DNA of 64,000 bases, from the NCBI GenBank assembly GCA_963707635.1, contig OY970173.1:2016001-2080000 (forward strand). The letters are read 5' to 3'. Numbering within the stretch: position 1 is the stretch's first letter; each line of letters starts with the position of its first letter. The notes beneath the pieces are model-generated. The model made no database searches. It was given only the letters and a program-made list of their open reading frames with translations, and was not told the origin of the DNA. This document shows, piece after piece, positions 48,817 to 59,114 of this stretch. The position numbers and the translations under genes were made by a program. Origin of the DNA: Candidatus Latescibacterota bacterium. GTDB lineage: Bacteria > Krumholzibacteriota > Krumholzibacteriia > WVZY01 > JAKEHA01.

Positions 48817-50751
48817 TCACGACGCGATCGACCGCGTCGCGCGGCGCCGCTGTGCCACCAGGTCGCCGGCGACGCCGGCGATGGCCTCGGCCGAGAGCCC
48901 CAGCTCGGCGAGCAGCTCGTCGCGCTCGCCGTGTTCGATGAAGCGGTCCGGCAACCCGAGGTTGTGGATTGCGATCGGGTCGAATCCGCCGGCGATCAGG
49001 TGTTCGTTCACGGCGGACCCGAAGCCCCCCGCGAGCACGCCGTCCTCGACGGTGACGATCAAAGCGTCGCTCGCGGCGATGCGGTCCAGCACCTCGGTGT
49101 CGAGCGGCTTGACGAAACGCGCGTTGACGACGCCCGCCGCGATTCCCCTCGCGCGCAGCAGCTCGGCGGCCTGCACGCTGGGGCGGACCATCGCGCCGAG
49201 GGCGACGAAGACGACGTCGCGCCCCTCGGAGAGGACCTCCGCCTTCCCGATCGGGAGGGCGCGCAGTTCCGCGTCCATCGGCACCCCCAATCCCTCGCCG
49301 CGCGGGAAACGCAGCGCGATCGGCCCCTGGTCGTAGTCGACGATCGTCTTCACCATGTGGCGCAGCTCGTTCTCATCCTTCGGCGCCATGACGACGAAGT
49401 TGGGGATCATGCGCAGGTAGCTCAGGTCGAACACGCCGTGGTGGGTCGGGCCGTCTTCGCCGACCAGGCCGCCGCGATCGAGCACGAAGCGCACGGGCAG
49501 GTTCTGGATCGCGACGTCGTGGATCACCTGGTCGAACGCGCGCTGGAGGAACGTCGAGTAGATGGTGACCAGCGGCACCATGCCGCGCGTCGCGAGCCCC
49601 GCCGCGAACGTCACCCCGTGCTGCTCGGCAATGCCGACGTCGAACATGCGCTCCGGCAGCACGCGGGCGAACTCGGTGAGTCCGGTGTTGTCCGGCATGG
49701 CGGCGGTGATGGCGACCACGCGCGGGTCGTTCTTCGCGAGCTCGAGCGCCGTCTTCCCGTAGACGCTGGTGAACGACGGCGCGCCCTTGCGCGCGGGAAC
49801 GTCGCCCGGCACCTTGTCGTAGCGCGAGACGCCGTGCGCGCAGAAGGGGTCGTTCTCGGTGAAGTGGTACCCTTTCCCCTTCTGGGTGATCGCGTGCACC
49901 AGGATGGGGCCGCCCAGCTCCTTAATGTGCTCGAACGTCTGGACCAGGAACTCGACGTTGTGTCCGTCGATCGGGCCGAAGTAGCGGAACCCGAGCTCCT
50001 CGAACACCACGCCGGGGACCACCAGGGTCTTGATGCTCTCCTTGATCTTGCGCGCGATGCGCCGCGCCTTCCCGCCCCCGCGCGGGAGGTGTCCCAGCAG
50101 CTCCCAGACGTCGCTCTGGAAGTGGTTGTAGAGCGTCCCCGAGGTGATCTTGGTCAGGTACTTGTGGAGCGCGCCGACGTTCTTCGAGATCGACATCTTG
50201 TTGTCGTTCAGGACGACGATCAAGTCCTTCTTGAGGACGCCGGCGTTGTTGAGCGCCTCGAAGGCCATCCCGCCGGTGAGCGCGCCGTCGCCCACGATCG
50301 CCACCACCTTGAAGTTCTCGTGTTTCAGGTCGCGCGCGACCGCCATGCCCAGCGCGGCGCTGATCGCCGTGCTCGCGTGCGCCACGCCGAAGGTGTCATA
50401 CTCGCTCTCGTCGCGTTTGGGGAACCCGCTGAGCCCGTGGCGTTGGCGCAGGGTCTCGAAGCGGTCGCGGCGGCCGGTGATGATCTTGTGACCGTAGGCC
50501 TGGTGGCCCACGTCCCAGACCAGCTGGTCGCGCGGCGCGTCGAAGACATAGTGCAGCGCCAGGGTCAATTCGACCGCGCCGAGGCTGGCGCCGAGATGGC
50601 CGCCGGTCCTGGCGACCTTGGCCAGGATCTCGTCGCGCAGTTCCCGCGCGATTTCCGGCAGGTCGCCGGCGGGAAACGACTTGAGGTCGGCGGGCACGCG
50701 GATCCGATCCAGCTTGCGCTCGCCCGCGGAAACTCTGCCGTCGTGGTTCAT
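48817..50751 (-). CDS. dxs: 1-deoxy-D-xylulose-5-phosphate synthase
   Basis: GGHLGASLG, WDVGHQAY, GDGALTGG, DVGIAEQH, DGPTHHG; ATGA overlap start. Confidence 0.96.
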   Translation of the reverse strand: MNHDGRVSAGERKLDRIRVPADLKSFPAGDLPEIARELRDEILAKVARTGGHLGASLGAVELTLALHYVFDAPRDQLVWDVGHQAYGHKIITGRRDRFETLRQRHGLSGFPKRDESEYDTFGVAHASTAISAALGMAVARDLKHENFKVVAIVGDGALTGGMAFEALNNAGVLKKDLIVVLNDNKMSISKNVGALHKYLTKITSGTLYNHFQSDVWELLGHLPRGGGKARRIARKIKESIKTLVVPGVVFEELGFRYFGPIDGHNVEFLVQTFEHIKELGGPILVHAITQKGKGYHFTENDPFCAHGVSRYDKVPGDVPARKGAPSFTSVYGKTALELAKNDPRVVAITAAMPDNTGLTEFARVLPERMFDVGIAEQHGVTFAAGLATRGMVPLVTIYSTFLQRAFDQVIHDVAIQNLPVRFVLDRGGLVGEDGPTHHGVFDLSYLRMIPNFVVMAPKDENELRHMVKTIVDYDQGPIALRFPRGEGLGVPMDAELRALPIGKAEVLSEGRDVVFVALGAMVRPSVQAAELLRARGIAAGVVNARFVKPLDTEVLDRIAASDALIVTVEDGVLAGGFGSAVNEHLIAGGFDPIAIHNLGLPDRFIEHGERDELLAELGLSAEAIAGVAGDLVAQRRRATRSIAS

Positions 50752-51182
50752 CGGGTCAGTAGCGCGGCGGCGACGCCGAGCACGGTGCCGGTCAGTACAT
50801 CGAGGACGCTGTAAGACAACGGTCGCCTTTCCGCCAGCGGGTGGTGCGGGCGCAACCGGATCAGGATCAAGTCCACCACCTCGGCCTGGTGCGAGGCGGC
50901 CCGCTTCACGTTCCACATGTCGACGGTGACGAGGGCGGTGAAGCAGGTCACGACCGCGAAGTCGATCGACCCGAATCCGGTTTCCTGGCCGATCGCCACC
51001 GACAGTCCCGCGAACGCCGCGGCGTGCATATTGGGCGCGCCGTCGGTCTCCACCAGCCGGCGAAAGTTTATCTGCTTTTCCAGCCAGAAGAAAGAGACGA
51101 GTTTGAGGGCCTGCGCCGTCGCGCCGGCGAGCACCCCCACCCACAGCGGGCGCGTGGCTCCAAGAATCTCCAGGTCGATCAT
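50748..51182 (-). CDS. Divergent PAP2 family protein (DUF212)
   Basis: AQALK...GAPNMHAA...D..NVKRAA..QA pattern; typical position between ispA and dxs. Confidence 0.75.
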   Translation of the reverse strand: MIDLEILGATRPLWVGVLAGATAQALKLVSFFWLEKQINFRRLVETDGAPNMHAAAFAGLSVAIGQETGFGSIDFAVVTCFTALVTVDMWNVKRAASHQAEVVDLILIRLRPHHPLAERRPLSYSVLDVLTGTVLGVAAALLTR

Positions 51183-51195
51183 GCCGCGTCTTCCT

Positions 51196-52119
51196 CTAGG
51201 AAGTCCGGTCGATGACGCGCGTCATCATCGCCGCGAGCGCGCTTCCGCGCGCGTCGGGGAGGTAGCCCAGCGCCTGCTCGACCAGCTCGGCCGCGCGCCG
51301 TCGGGCGCGCTCGGGCCCCACCACCGCCGGGTAGGTGAGCTTGTCCCCGTGTACATCCTTACCCGGCGTCTTGCCAAGAGTTTCCTGATTTCCCTCCAGG
51401 TCGAGCAGGTCGTCGACGATCTGGAACGCGCGGCCGGTCGCATCACCCGCGGCGCGGAACCGCCGGCGAGTCTCGGGCGGAGCGGCGGCGAGCACGGCGC
51501 CGATTTCGAAAGCAGCGGCAATCAGGCGTCCGGTCTTGTGTTCGTGGATGCGCTCGACCAGCGAAACATCGCCGCCGCCGGCGGTTCCCAGGTCCAGCGC
51601 CTGCCCCGTGATGAGGCCGCCGGTTCCCGATGAAAACGACAGTACACGGCCCACCTCCACCACCATGGCGTCCGACACCGCGTGGCGCGTGCCGAGGGTA
51701 AAGACGATCTCGTAGGAGAGGTTCAGCAAGGCGTCGCCCGCCAGCACCGCGGTGGCTTCGCCGAAGCGCCGGTGGGAGCTGGGCCGCCCGCGCCGGAAAT
51801 CGTCGTTGTCCATGCACGGCAGATCGTCGTGAATGAGGGAGTACGTGTGCACGCACTCGACGGCGCAGGCCGCGTCGAGCGCCGCCGCGCGCGGCGCGCT
51901 CCCGCCTGCGGCGCCGAGCACGTCGCCCAGAACATCGAATGCCCAGAGGCACAGGAGCGGGCGCATCCGCTTGCCGCCGCCGAGCAGCGAGTATTCGACG
52001 GCCTCCCGCATGCCCCCGTGCTGGAACGCCAGCGCGGCGACCAGCTCCGCGAGGCGGGACTCGACCGCGGCGCCGTCCCGCCGCGCGGCCTCGGCGAAGG
52101 CATCGGTTCCCATCGTCAT
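51196..52119 (-). CDS. ispA: Polyprenyl (farnesyl/geranylgeranyl) diphosphate synthase
   Basis: GGKRMRP, HTYSLIHDDLPCMDNDDFRRG, FQIVDDLLD. Confidence 0.93.
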   Translation of the reverse strand: MTMGTDAFAEAARRDGAAVESRLAELVAALAFQHGGMREAVEYSLLGGGKRMRPLLCLWAFDVLGDVLGAAGGSAPRAAALDAACAVECVHTYSLIHDDLPCMDNDDFRRGRPSSHRRFGEATAVLAGDALLNLSYEIVFTLGTRHAVSDAMVVEVGRVLSFSSGTGGLITGQALDLGTAGGGDVSLVERIHEHKTGRLIAAAFEIGAVLAAAPPETRRRFRAAGDATGRAFQIVDDLLDLEGNQETLGKTPGKDVHGDKLTYPAVVGPERARRRAAELVEQALGYLPDARGSALAAMMTRVIDRTS

Positions 52120-52373
52120 GCGCGCTCGTCCGTCTCGTCGTCATCCACGTCGAAGCGGGCGCCCTCGACCAGTGAGCCGTCGGCAGTCTCCACCAGCGTG
52201 CGCACGCGCGTGTCGGCCCGATCCAAAAACTCCCGGCACCGCTTGCCGAGCGCGATTCCCTCTTCAAACATGCGCAACGCGTCTTCGAGCGAGTGCTTCC
52301 CGGTCTCGAGTTCCGACACGATCTGTTCGAGCCGGCTCATCGCGGCTTCGAAGGTGGTGGGTTCTTCCGTCAC
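52116..52373 (-). CDS. xseB: Exodeoxyribonuclease VII small subunit
   Basis: TFEAAMSRLEQIV..LE....SLEDAL..FEEG; GTGA overlap with xseA. Confidence 0.93.
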   Translation of the reverse strand: MTEEPTTFEAAMSRLEQIVSELETGKHSLEDALRMFEEGIALGKRCREFLDRADTRVRTLVETADGSLVEGARFDVDDDETDERA

Positions 52374-53596
52374 GCCGCGCCTCCCTGCGCTCGAATCGCG
52401 CCTTCGACGGCGGCCGACACCGCGCCGTCGTGAAACGTGATGTGCACGCGGCCGGCGCCGACGGCACCCGCCTCGCTCGCGACCAGCCGCCCGGTCGCGG
52501 GATCCACGCACACCGAGTACCCGCGCCGCAACACCTCACGCGGACTCAGGCCGCCGAGCCGGGCGGACGCGGCGTCGAGGCGGGTGGCGCGATCGCGCAG
52601 CAGCAGACGCGTGCCGCGCCGCAACCGATCGGCGGCGTGGTCGACGCGCTGCATCGACTGCTCGAGGCGGCCGCGCACCTGCCCGAGCGCGTAGCTGCGC
52701 AGAAGCGACGCGACCCGGCGGCCGGCGAGATCGACGCGGGCACGCGCCCCCGCCGCCAGCGAGCGCTCCATGCGCGCGACCCGCGCGAGGACGTCGGCGC
52801 GGACCGGCACCGCGATCTCCGCCGCCATGGTGGGGGTCGCGGCGCGCACGTCGGCAACGAAATCGGCGATGGTCACGTCGCTCTCGTGCCCCACCGCGCT
52901 GATCACCGGGTGGGCGCAGCGCCGGATGGCGCGCGCGACCGCTTCGTCGTTGAAGGCCCACAGGTCCTCGACGCTGCCCCCGCCGCGGCCGACGATGACG
53001 ACGTCGACGTCGTCGCGCGCCGACAGCGCGTCCAGCGCGCGCACGATCTGGCCGGGCGCGGCGTCGCCCTGCACCTGCACCGGCACAAACAGGACCGCGA
53101 CGCACGGAAAGCGCCGGCGGAGCGTGGAGAGGATGTCGCGGATCGCGGCTCCGGTCGGCGAAGTCACCACCGCGACGCCGCGCGGGAAGGCCGGGAGCGG
53201 CCGCTTGCGGGCCTCGTCGAACAACCCCTCTTCCCGGAGCCTGGCCACCAGGAGTCGAAAGGCGCGCTCGAGGTCGCCGCGCCCCGCCGGCTCGAGCGAG
53301 CGCGCGACCAGCTGGTACTGGCCCTGTGCCTCGTAGACGGTGAGACGGCCGCGTGCGACCAGCTGCATACCGTCTTCGAGCTCGAAGTCCACGACGCGGG
53401 CGTCGCCGCGGAAACACACCGCGGACAACTGGGAGCGCGCGTCCTTGAGCTTGAAATAGACGTGGCCCGATGAGTGCACGCGCAGATTCGACACCTCGCC
53501 CAGGATCGCAACCGTGGCGAATTCCCCCTCGATCAGCTCGCGCGCCAGCGTGTTGATCTCGCTGACCGCGTACACGCGCTCATCGTGACTCGACAT
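52370..53596 (-). CDS. xseA: Exodeoxyribonuclease VII large subunit
   Basis: GEVSN, SGHVYF.LKD, RGGGSVEDLWAFN, SAVGHESD, ATPTMAAE. Confidence 0.95.
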   Translation of the reverse strand: MSSHDERVYAVSEINTLARELIEGEFATVAILGEVSNLRVHSSGHVYFKLKDARSQLSAVCFRGDARVVDFELEDGMQLVARGRLTVYEAQGQYQLVARSLEPAGRGDLERAFRLLVARLREEGLFDEARKRPLPAFPRGVAVVTSPTGAAIRDILSTLRRRFPCVAVLFVPVQVQGDAAPGQIVRALDALSARDDVDVVIVGRGGGSVEDLWAFNDEAVARAIRRCAHPVISAVGHESDVTIADFVADVRAATPTMAAEIAVPVRADVLARVARMERSLAAGARARVDLAGRRVASLLRSYALGQVRGRLEQSMQRVDHAADRLRRGTRLLLRDRATRLDAASARLGGLSPREVLRRGYSVCVDPATGRLVASEAGAVGAGRVHITFHDGAVSAAVEGAIRAQGGAA

Positions 53597-54473
53597 GCCC
53601 GCTCTCCCGCCGCATCCGGTGCGCGGCCAGCGTGTTGCTCATCAGCATCGCGACCGTCATCGGTCCGACGCCGCCCGGCACGGGGGTGATCAGCGACGCT
53701 TTCTCCGCCACCGATTCGAAGTCGACGTCGCCGACGATTCGATACCCTTTGGGCGCGCCGGCATCGTCGACGCGGTTGATCCCCACGTCCACCACCACCA
53801 CCCCGGGACGCACCATGTCGGCCTTGAGGAAGCGCGGGATTCCCATCGCGGCCACCACGATGTCGGCGGCGCGGGTGTGCGCGGCCACGTCGCGGGTCCG
53901 GCTGTGGCAGATGGTCACGGTGGCGTCGCCGCCTTCCCCTTTGAGGGCGAACAGGAGCGCCATCGGCTTGCCCACGATGACGCTGCGCCCGAGCACCACC
54001 ACGTCGGCGCCGGCGGTCTTGACCTGGTGCCGGATCAGGAGCTCGCGGATGCCCAGCGGTGTGCACGGCACGAAGCGCGGGTTTCCCGCCGCCAGGCGCC
54101 CCAGGTTCTCGGGGTGGAACCCGTCGACATCCTTGTGCGGGCTGATGGCGGCGATGGCGCGGTCGGAATCGATCTGGCGCGGCAGCGGGAGCTGGAGGAG
54201 AATTCCGTCCACGCCGTCGTCGTCGTTGAATCCGCGCAGGACTTCCAGCACGCGCGCTTCGCTGGCGTCTGCCTCGAGGTGCACGTTGCGCGAACCGATG
54301 CCGCACTCTTCGCACGCCTTCGCTTTGGTGCCGACGTAGACCTGCGACGCCGGGTCTTCACCGACGCGCACCAGCGCGAGTACCGGCGGGCGCGCACCCG
54401 CGAGACCCGCCACCGCCCGCGCCACCTCCTGCTTGATGGCGGCGGCCGCGGTCTTTCCGTCGAGCAACTGCAT
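53580..54473 (-). CDS. folD: Methylene-THF dehydrogenase/cyclohydrolase
   Basis: GILLQLPLP, KDVDGFHP, PCTP, GRSVIVGKP, TPVPGGVGPMT. Confidence 0.96.
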   Translation of the reverse strand: MQLLDGKTAAAAIKQEVARAVAGLAGARPPVLALVRVGEDPASQVYVGTKAKACEECGIGSRNVHLEADASEARVLEVLRGFNDDDGVDGILLQLPLPRQIDSDRAIAAISPHKDVDGFHPENLGRLAAGNPRFVPCTPLGIRELLIRHQVKTAGADVVVLGRSVIVGKPMALLFALKGEGGDATVTICHSRTRDVAAHTRAADIVVAAMGIPRFLKADMVRPGVVVVDVGINRVDDAGAPKGYRIVGDVDFESVAEKASLITPVPGGVGPMTVAMLMSNTLAAHRMRRESGHVESR

Positions 54474-55253
54474 TCAGTCCTCCAGCACGAGTTGGTGGTG
54501 TTCGAAGCGCCGAACCTTGCCGGTCTCGTCGTCGACATCCGCCACCACGTAGTCGCAGCGCGCGTCGTCGCGCGCCACTTCGAAACGCGTCGGGCGCATG
54601 GTGAGGAAACGCTCGATCACGTCCTCCTTGCGCACGCCGAGGATGGAATCGTTCGACCCGGTCATGCCGACATCGGTGACGTAGCCGGTCCCGCCCGGAA
54701 ACACACGCGCGTCCCGGGTGGGAACGTGCGTGTGCGTGCCGATCACCATCGAAACGCGGCCGTCGAGGTAGTAGCCCATCGCGATCTTCTCACTGGTGGC
54801 CTCGCCGTGGAAATCTACCACGATGATCTTGACCGTGGCGGGCAGCGATTCGATCAGGCGGTCGACGGTCCGGAAGGGGCAGTCGAGCGGCGGCATGAAC
54901 ACGCGCCCCTGCACGTTGAGCACGGCCACCCGCCCGCCGGTGTTGGGGACCACGGCGGCCCCGCGGCCGGGCGACGCCGGATAGTTGGCGGGGCGGATCA
55001 GGTTGTCCTTCGACTCGAGCAGCGGGATCCCTTCCCGTTTGTCCCACACGTGGTTGCCGGTGGTGAAGAACGACACCCCGGCCGCTTCCATCTCGGCGAT
55101 GCCCGTCGGGTTGATGCCGAAGCCGCCCGCGGAGTTTTCCGCGTTGGCGATGATGAGCGCGGCGTGGTGCCGTTCGCGCAGCCGGGGCGCGGCGTAGGCG
55201 ACCGCGCGCCGGCCGGTCTTGCCGACCACGTCCCCGATGAAGGCGATGATCAC
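54474..55253 (-). CDS. ymdB: YmdB/TIGR00282 metallophosphoesterase
   Basis: GDVVG..GR, NAEN, TGNHVWD, DFHGEATSEK, GTHTHV, TDVGMTG; downstream of rny. Confidence 0.93.
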   Translation of the reverse strand: MIIAFIGDVVGKTGRRAVAYAAPRLRERHHAALIIANAENSAGGFGINPTGIAEMEAAGVSFFTTGNHVWDKREGIPLLESKDNLIRPANYPASPGRGAAVVPNTGGRVAVLNVQGRVFMPPLDCPFRTVDRLIESLPATVKIIVVDFHGEATSEKIAMGYYLDGRVSMVIGTHTHVPTRDARVFPGGTGYVTDVGMTGSNDSILGVRKEDVIERFLTMRPTRFEVARDDARCDYVVADVDDETGKVRRFEHHQLVLED

Positions 55254-55264
55254 ATGGCTCGATT

Positions 55265-55722
55265 CTAGCGCGCGAAGTCGACCGCGCGCGTCTCCCGGAT
55301 GACGACGACCTTGACCTGGCCGGGGTAATCGGTTTCCTTCTCGACCCGCCTGGCCACGTCGAAGGCGAGCTGGCGCGCGCGCTCGTCGTCGATCTTGCGA
55401 TTGCTGACGATGATCCGAATCTCCCGGCCCGCCTGAATGGCGTACGACTTCTCCACGCCCTCGAACGCGTCGGCGATTTCCTCGAGTTTCGTCAGGCGGC
55501 GCACGTACCCCTCGAGCGATTCGCGGCGCGCCCCCGGCCGCGCGCCGACTCGACTTCCCGCCGGCGCTCCTCGGCGAGGCGCGCCGCCTCGGTCAGCGTG
55601 CGCTGGGAGGCTTCGCGCATGCGTGAGGCGCGCGAGCCGGTCGCCCGCCGCGCGCCCACGAGCCCGACGACCCCTCCGACACACGCGGCGGCCGCGGCAA
55701 TGATGAGCAGCAAGAGCGGCAC
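55265..55722 (-). pseudogene. rny: Ribonuclease Y remnant: N-terminal TM/coil joined out of frame to the C-terminal domain; KH and HD domains missing
   Basis: GTG at 55722 after GGGAGG gives 58 aa of TM plus coil. From 55546 another frame reads [42 protein letters not shown]...[15 protein letters not shown], the RNase Y C-terminus. Lies between 6S RNA and ymdB. Confidence 0.85.
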
Positions 55723-55803
55723 GGGGTGCCTCCCGTGGTTGCCGGAGCGTCACGCGCCGGGACACGCCAGGACGCCGTCAGGAGGCTGGGAACCGGGGGA
55801 AAT

Positions 55804-55988
55804 GAAAATTCCCCACGCTATGCCGTGTGCAAGGGAACTCATGAACCATTAGGTTCACGTGGACGCCCGCACGAATCGGTTTGTTCACCACGCGAAGTGG
55901 ATAGACAGCACGATCCGAATAAGGCTTCCCTGAATAAGGTGTTGGCTCAAAAATTACCTTATCATCACGAACATGGTAGGGAATTTTC
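55804..55988 (-). ncRNA. ssrS: 6S RNA
   Basis: ~185 nt AT-richer element after zapA; complementary ends (GAAAATTCCCTAC / GTGGGGAATTTTC); internal TGTTCGTG / CACACGGCA and TTGAGCCAA / TGGTTCA pairings typical of the 6S rod. Confidence 0.85.
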
Positions 55989-56054
55989 TTAATGTCTATA
56001 GACTGAGCTCCGCTCGTCGTCCTATCACGTCCTTATCCATGCCGCAACGTCGTA

Positions 56055-56387
56055 TCACGCCTCGGCCGACAATCGTTCGTCGAGCAGCGCGATCAAACTC
56101 TGGGTCCGCCGCTCGATGCTCGCCATGTCCTCGCTGGATGCTCGTCGCAACTGCAACAACTCGTCGGCGATATTCATCGCGGCGAGTATCGCAACTCGCT
56201 CCGGCACGGGAGCTGCTGCCCCGCGGGAGACCTCCCGCATCTTCGCGTCGACGTAATCGGCGACTTCCCGGACATACGTGTCGTCCGCGACGCCGCGGAT
56301 CTTGTACTCGCGTCCCAGAATCTCCACCGTGGTGGGTTTGGATTCGCCGCCGCCGATCGGTTTGTCGTCGAGGTTCGTAGTCAACAC
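56055..56387 (-). CDS. zapA: Cell division protein ZapA
   Basis: VEILGREYKI, VADYVDAKMRE, AILAAMNIADEL. Confidence 0.92.
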   Translation of the reverse strand: MLTTNLDDKPIGGGESKPTTVEILGREYKIRGVADDTYVREVADYVDAKMREVSRGAAAPVPERVAILAAMNIADELLQLRRASSEDMASIERRTQSLIALLDERLSAEA

Positions 56388-56412
56388 CTCAAGTCAGGTC
56401 TGCCCCGCGCGA

Positions 56413-56697
56413 CTACAACTGGAGTTCGCCCAGCTTCTCAAGCACGCGGTCGATTCGCTTCCTGACTTCCTCCTTGTGAAACGATCCGATGATCTTCTCG
56501 TGATTCGATTTGAGATGATTGATTCGCTCGGTCAATTCCCGGTTGCTCGCGCGCAGGCGTTCGATTTCGCGCTCCAGCGACGCCTTCTGGTCCTGCATCG
56601 CCTGGTACTGGTCCTTCAAGCGCGTGAAACGCACGCCGGTCTGGGCGATGCGCTCCTCGAGCACTTCCAGTTTTTCGATCGCCTTGGCGCCGTCCAT
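56413..56697 (-). CDS. Coiled-coil protein, ZapB-like
   Basis: 94-aa heptad-rich protein between pheT and zapA. Confidence 0.7.
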   Translation of the reverse strand: MDGAKAIEKLEVLEERIAQTGVRFTRLKDQYQAMQDQKASLEREIERLRASNRELTERINHLKSNHEKIIGSFHKEEVRKRIDRVLEKLGELQL

Positions 56698-56714
56698 GGC
56701 CCGATTCCCCTCCG

Positions 56715-59114
56715 TCACGATCGCAGCACGACGCCCAACTCGGCTTCGAGCTTGGAGACGATCTTCGCGACCACAGCCTCCACCTCCGCGTCGGTCAGGG
56801 TGCCCTCCGACGACCGGAACGACAGCCGCACCCCGTAGGCGGTGCGATCGACCCCGAGACTCGCGCCGCGAAACACGTCGAATATTTGCAGGGATTCTAG
56901 CAACCGTCCTCCGACCTTTGCCACATGTTTTTCGATCTGTCCCCAGCCTACGCCGGCGGGTGCGACCAGCGAGAGGTCGCGCCGCGACGCGGGAAACTCC
57001 GAGAAGGGACGGAAGACGGGCCGGTCGGATCGCAGCTCGTAGAGGGCGGTGAGGTCGATGCTCGCATACCAGAGCGGTTGCGCGAGGTCCAGGTCGCGCG
57101 CCGCGCGCGCGGGAGCGACGCCGCCTTCGACCACCGCGTGGCGGCGGTCGGAGTATCGAAAGGTCCCGCTGGTGGGCTCGAAGTCGTAGGTCAGGCTCTC
57201 GTGCGCGCGCGGCCGGTGCGTGGCAAGGAGGGTTTCGATCTCCGCCTTGATTTCGAACAGGTCGACCGGCGCGCTCGCCGTGCGCCAGAACGACGCGCCT
57301 TCCGGCCGCGTGCGCGCGATGACGAGGTGCAAGGGTTCTTCGGGGAGCCCGGTGGTGCCCGCCGCGCGCAGGAACACGCGCCCCACCGCGAACACGTGCA
57401 GCTCCCGCCGCCCGTGGGCGAGGTTGCGCGCCACCACGTCCAGCACCGACGGCAGGAGGTGGGTGCGCAGCAGCGCCTGGTTCGACGACAGCGGGTTGAC
57501 GACGGCGATGGGCTGGCTGCGCGGGTCGCTGTCCGCCCACCCGAACCAGCCCAGCTCGTGCCCGTCGGTGAACGTCGAGGTGAGAACCTCGGTCATGCCG
57601 CGCGCGACCAGGTGGTCCGAGACGCGGTCGACGAAGCGGTCGAACGGGTCGGGCTTCGACGGCACCGTGGCGCGGTAGCGCCAGCCCTTGCCGATGTTCT
57701 CGTATCCGTAGAGTCGCGCCACCTCCTCCACCAGGTCGGTCTCTTCCACCAGGTCCCAGCGAAACGAAGGGATCGTCACCGTGACGACGTCGCGTTCGCT
57801 CCCGGTCCGCCGCAACTCCAGGCGATCGAGCAGCCCGGCGATGGCCTCGGTCGAAAGCGCCTCGCCGAGCAGGCGCTTCACGGTGGTGCGACGGACCGAT
57901 ACCGTGCGCGGCCCGTGGGGCGCAGGAAACGCGTCGACCATGTTGCCGGCCGTGCCCCCGGCGAGCTGCGCGATCAGCGCGCACGCCCGGTCCGATGCGC
58001 GGCGGCACACCTCGCGATCGCTGCCCCGTTCGAAACGGTAGGACGCGTCCGTGTTGACGTTGAGCGAGCGCCGCGTGCGCCGCACCGCTCGCGGGTCGAA
58101 GGCGGCGCTTTCGAGCAGGATGCTGGTAGTCGCGTCGGTGATGCGCGTGGCCATGCCGCCGATCACGCCTGCCACGCCGACGGCTTCGTCTTTCGCCGTG
58201 ATCACGAGGTGCTCGTGGTCGAGCGCGAGGGTGCGTCCGTCGAGCGCTTCGATCCGTTCGCCCCGCCGCGCGCGGCGTACCCCCATCGCGGCCGAGGGCA
58301 GCGCGCCGAGGTCGTAGGCGTGCAACGGTTGCCCGAATTCGAGCATCACGTAGTTGGTGACGTCGACGATGTGGTTGATCGGCTTGACTCCGACCTTCTC
58401 GAGCGCGGCCGCGAGCCACGCCGGCGACGGCCCCACCCGCACCCCGTGGACGACGCGCGCGACGAACCGGAAGCAGTCCTTCGGATCCTCGATCTCCACG
58501 CGTACGTCGGTGTCGTCCGGCGCGGCGGACGCCTCGGGCACGTCCGGGAGCCGCAGCGGCGTGCGGTAGATGGCGGCGATTTCGCGCGCGACGCCGATGT
58601 GCCCGAGCTGGTCCGGACGGTTCGGGGTGATCTCCAGCTCGAGCGTCGCGTCGGTCTGGCCGATCAAGTCGACCAGCGGCGTGCCGATGGAGGCGTCGGG
58701 TGCCAGCACCATGATGCCACCCGACTCGGCGCCGAGCCCGAGCTCCACTTGCGAGCAGATCATCCCGTTGGAGGTCACGCCGCGAATCTTGCTCTTGCGG
58801 ATCTTCAGCCCGTTGGGAAGCCGGGCGCCGACGGTGGCGACGGCGACGCGCTGCCCCGCCGCGACGTTGGGCGCCCCGCACACGATCTCGAGCGGCTCGC
58901 CCTGGCCCACGTCGACCCGGCAGACGCGCAGCCGGTCCGCGTCCGGGTGCGGCCCGGCCGCGAGGACGTGGCCGACGACGACGGCGCGTTCGGTCAGGCC
59001 GGCGGCCATGAGCCGCTCCACCTTGACCCCGTGCATGGTGAGGTCGTTGGCGAGGGTTGCCGCGTCGACGGGAATGTCGACGTACTGGCGCAGCCACGAG
59101 AGCGAAACGATCAC
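56715..59114 (-). CDS. pheT: Phenylalanyl-tRNA synthetase beta subunit
   Basis: SLSWLRQYV, HPDADRL, CGAPNV, TPNRPD, SYRFERG, RRDLS; GTGA overlap with pheS. Confidence 0.96.
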   Translation of the reverse strand: MIVSLSWLRQYVDIPVDAATLANDLTMHGVKVERLMAAGLTERAVVVGHVLAAGPHPDADRLRVCRVDVGQGEPLEIVCGAPNVAAGQRVAVATVGARLPNGLKIRKSKIRGVTSNGMICSQVELGLGAESGGIMVLAPDASIGTPLVDLIGQTDATLELEITPNRPDQLGHIGVAREIAAIYRTPLRLPDVPEASAAPDDTDVRVEIEDPKDCFRFVARVVHGVRVGPSPAWLAAALEKVGVKPINHIVDVTNYVMLEFGQPLHAYDLGALPSAAMGVRRARRGERIEALDGRTLALDHEHLVITAKDEAVGVAGVIGGMATRITDATTSILLESAAFDPRAVRRTRRSLNVNTDASYRFERGSDREVCRRASDRACALIAQLAGGTAGNMVDAFPAPHGPRTVSVRRTTVKRLLGEALSTEAIAGLLDRLELRRTGSERDVVTVTIPSFRWDLVEETDLVEEVARLYGYENIGKGWRYRATVPSKPDPFDRFVDRVSDHLVARGMTEVLTSTFTDGHELGWFGWADSDPRSQPIAVVNPLSSNQALLRTHLLPSVLDVVARNLAHGRRELHVFAVGRVFLRAAGTTGLPEEPLHLVIARTRPEGASFWRTASAPVDLFEIKAEIETLLATHRPRAHESLTYDFEPTSGTFRYSDRRHAVVEGGVAPARAARDLDLAQPLWYASIDLTALYELRSDRPVFRPFSEFPASRRDLSLVAPAGVGWGQIEKHVAKVGGRLLESLQIFDVFRGASLGVDRTAYGVRLSFRSSEGTLTDAEVEAVVAKIVSKLEAELGVVLRS

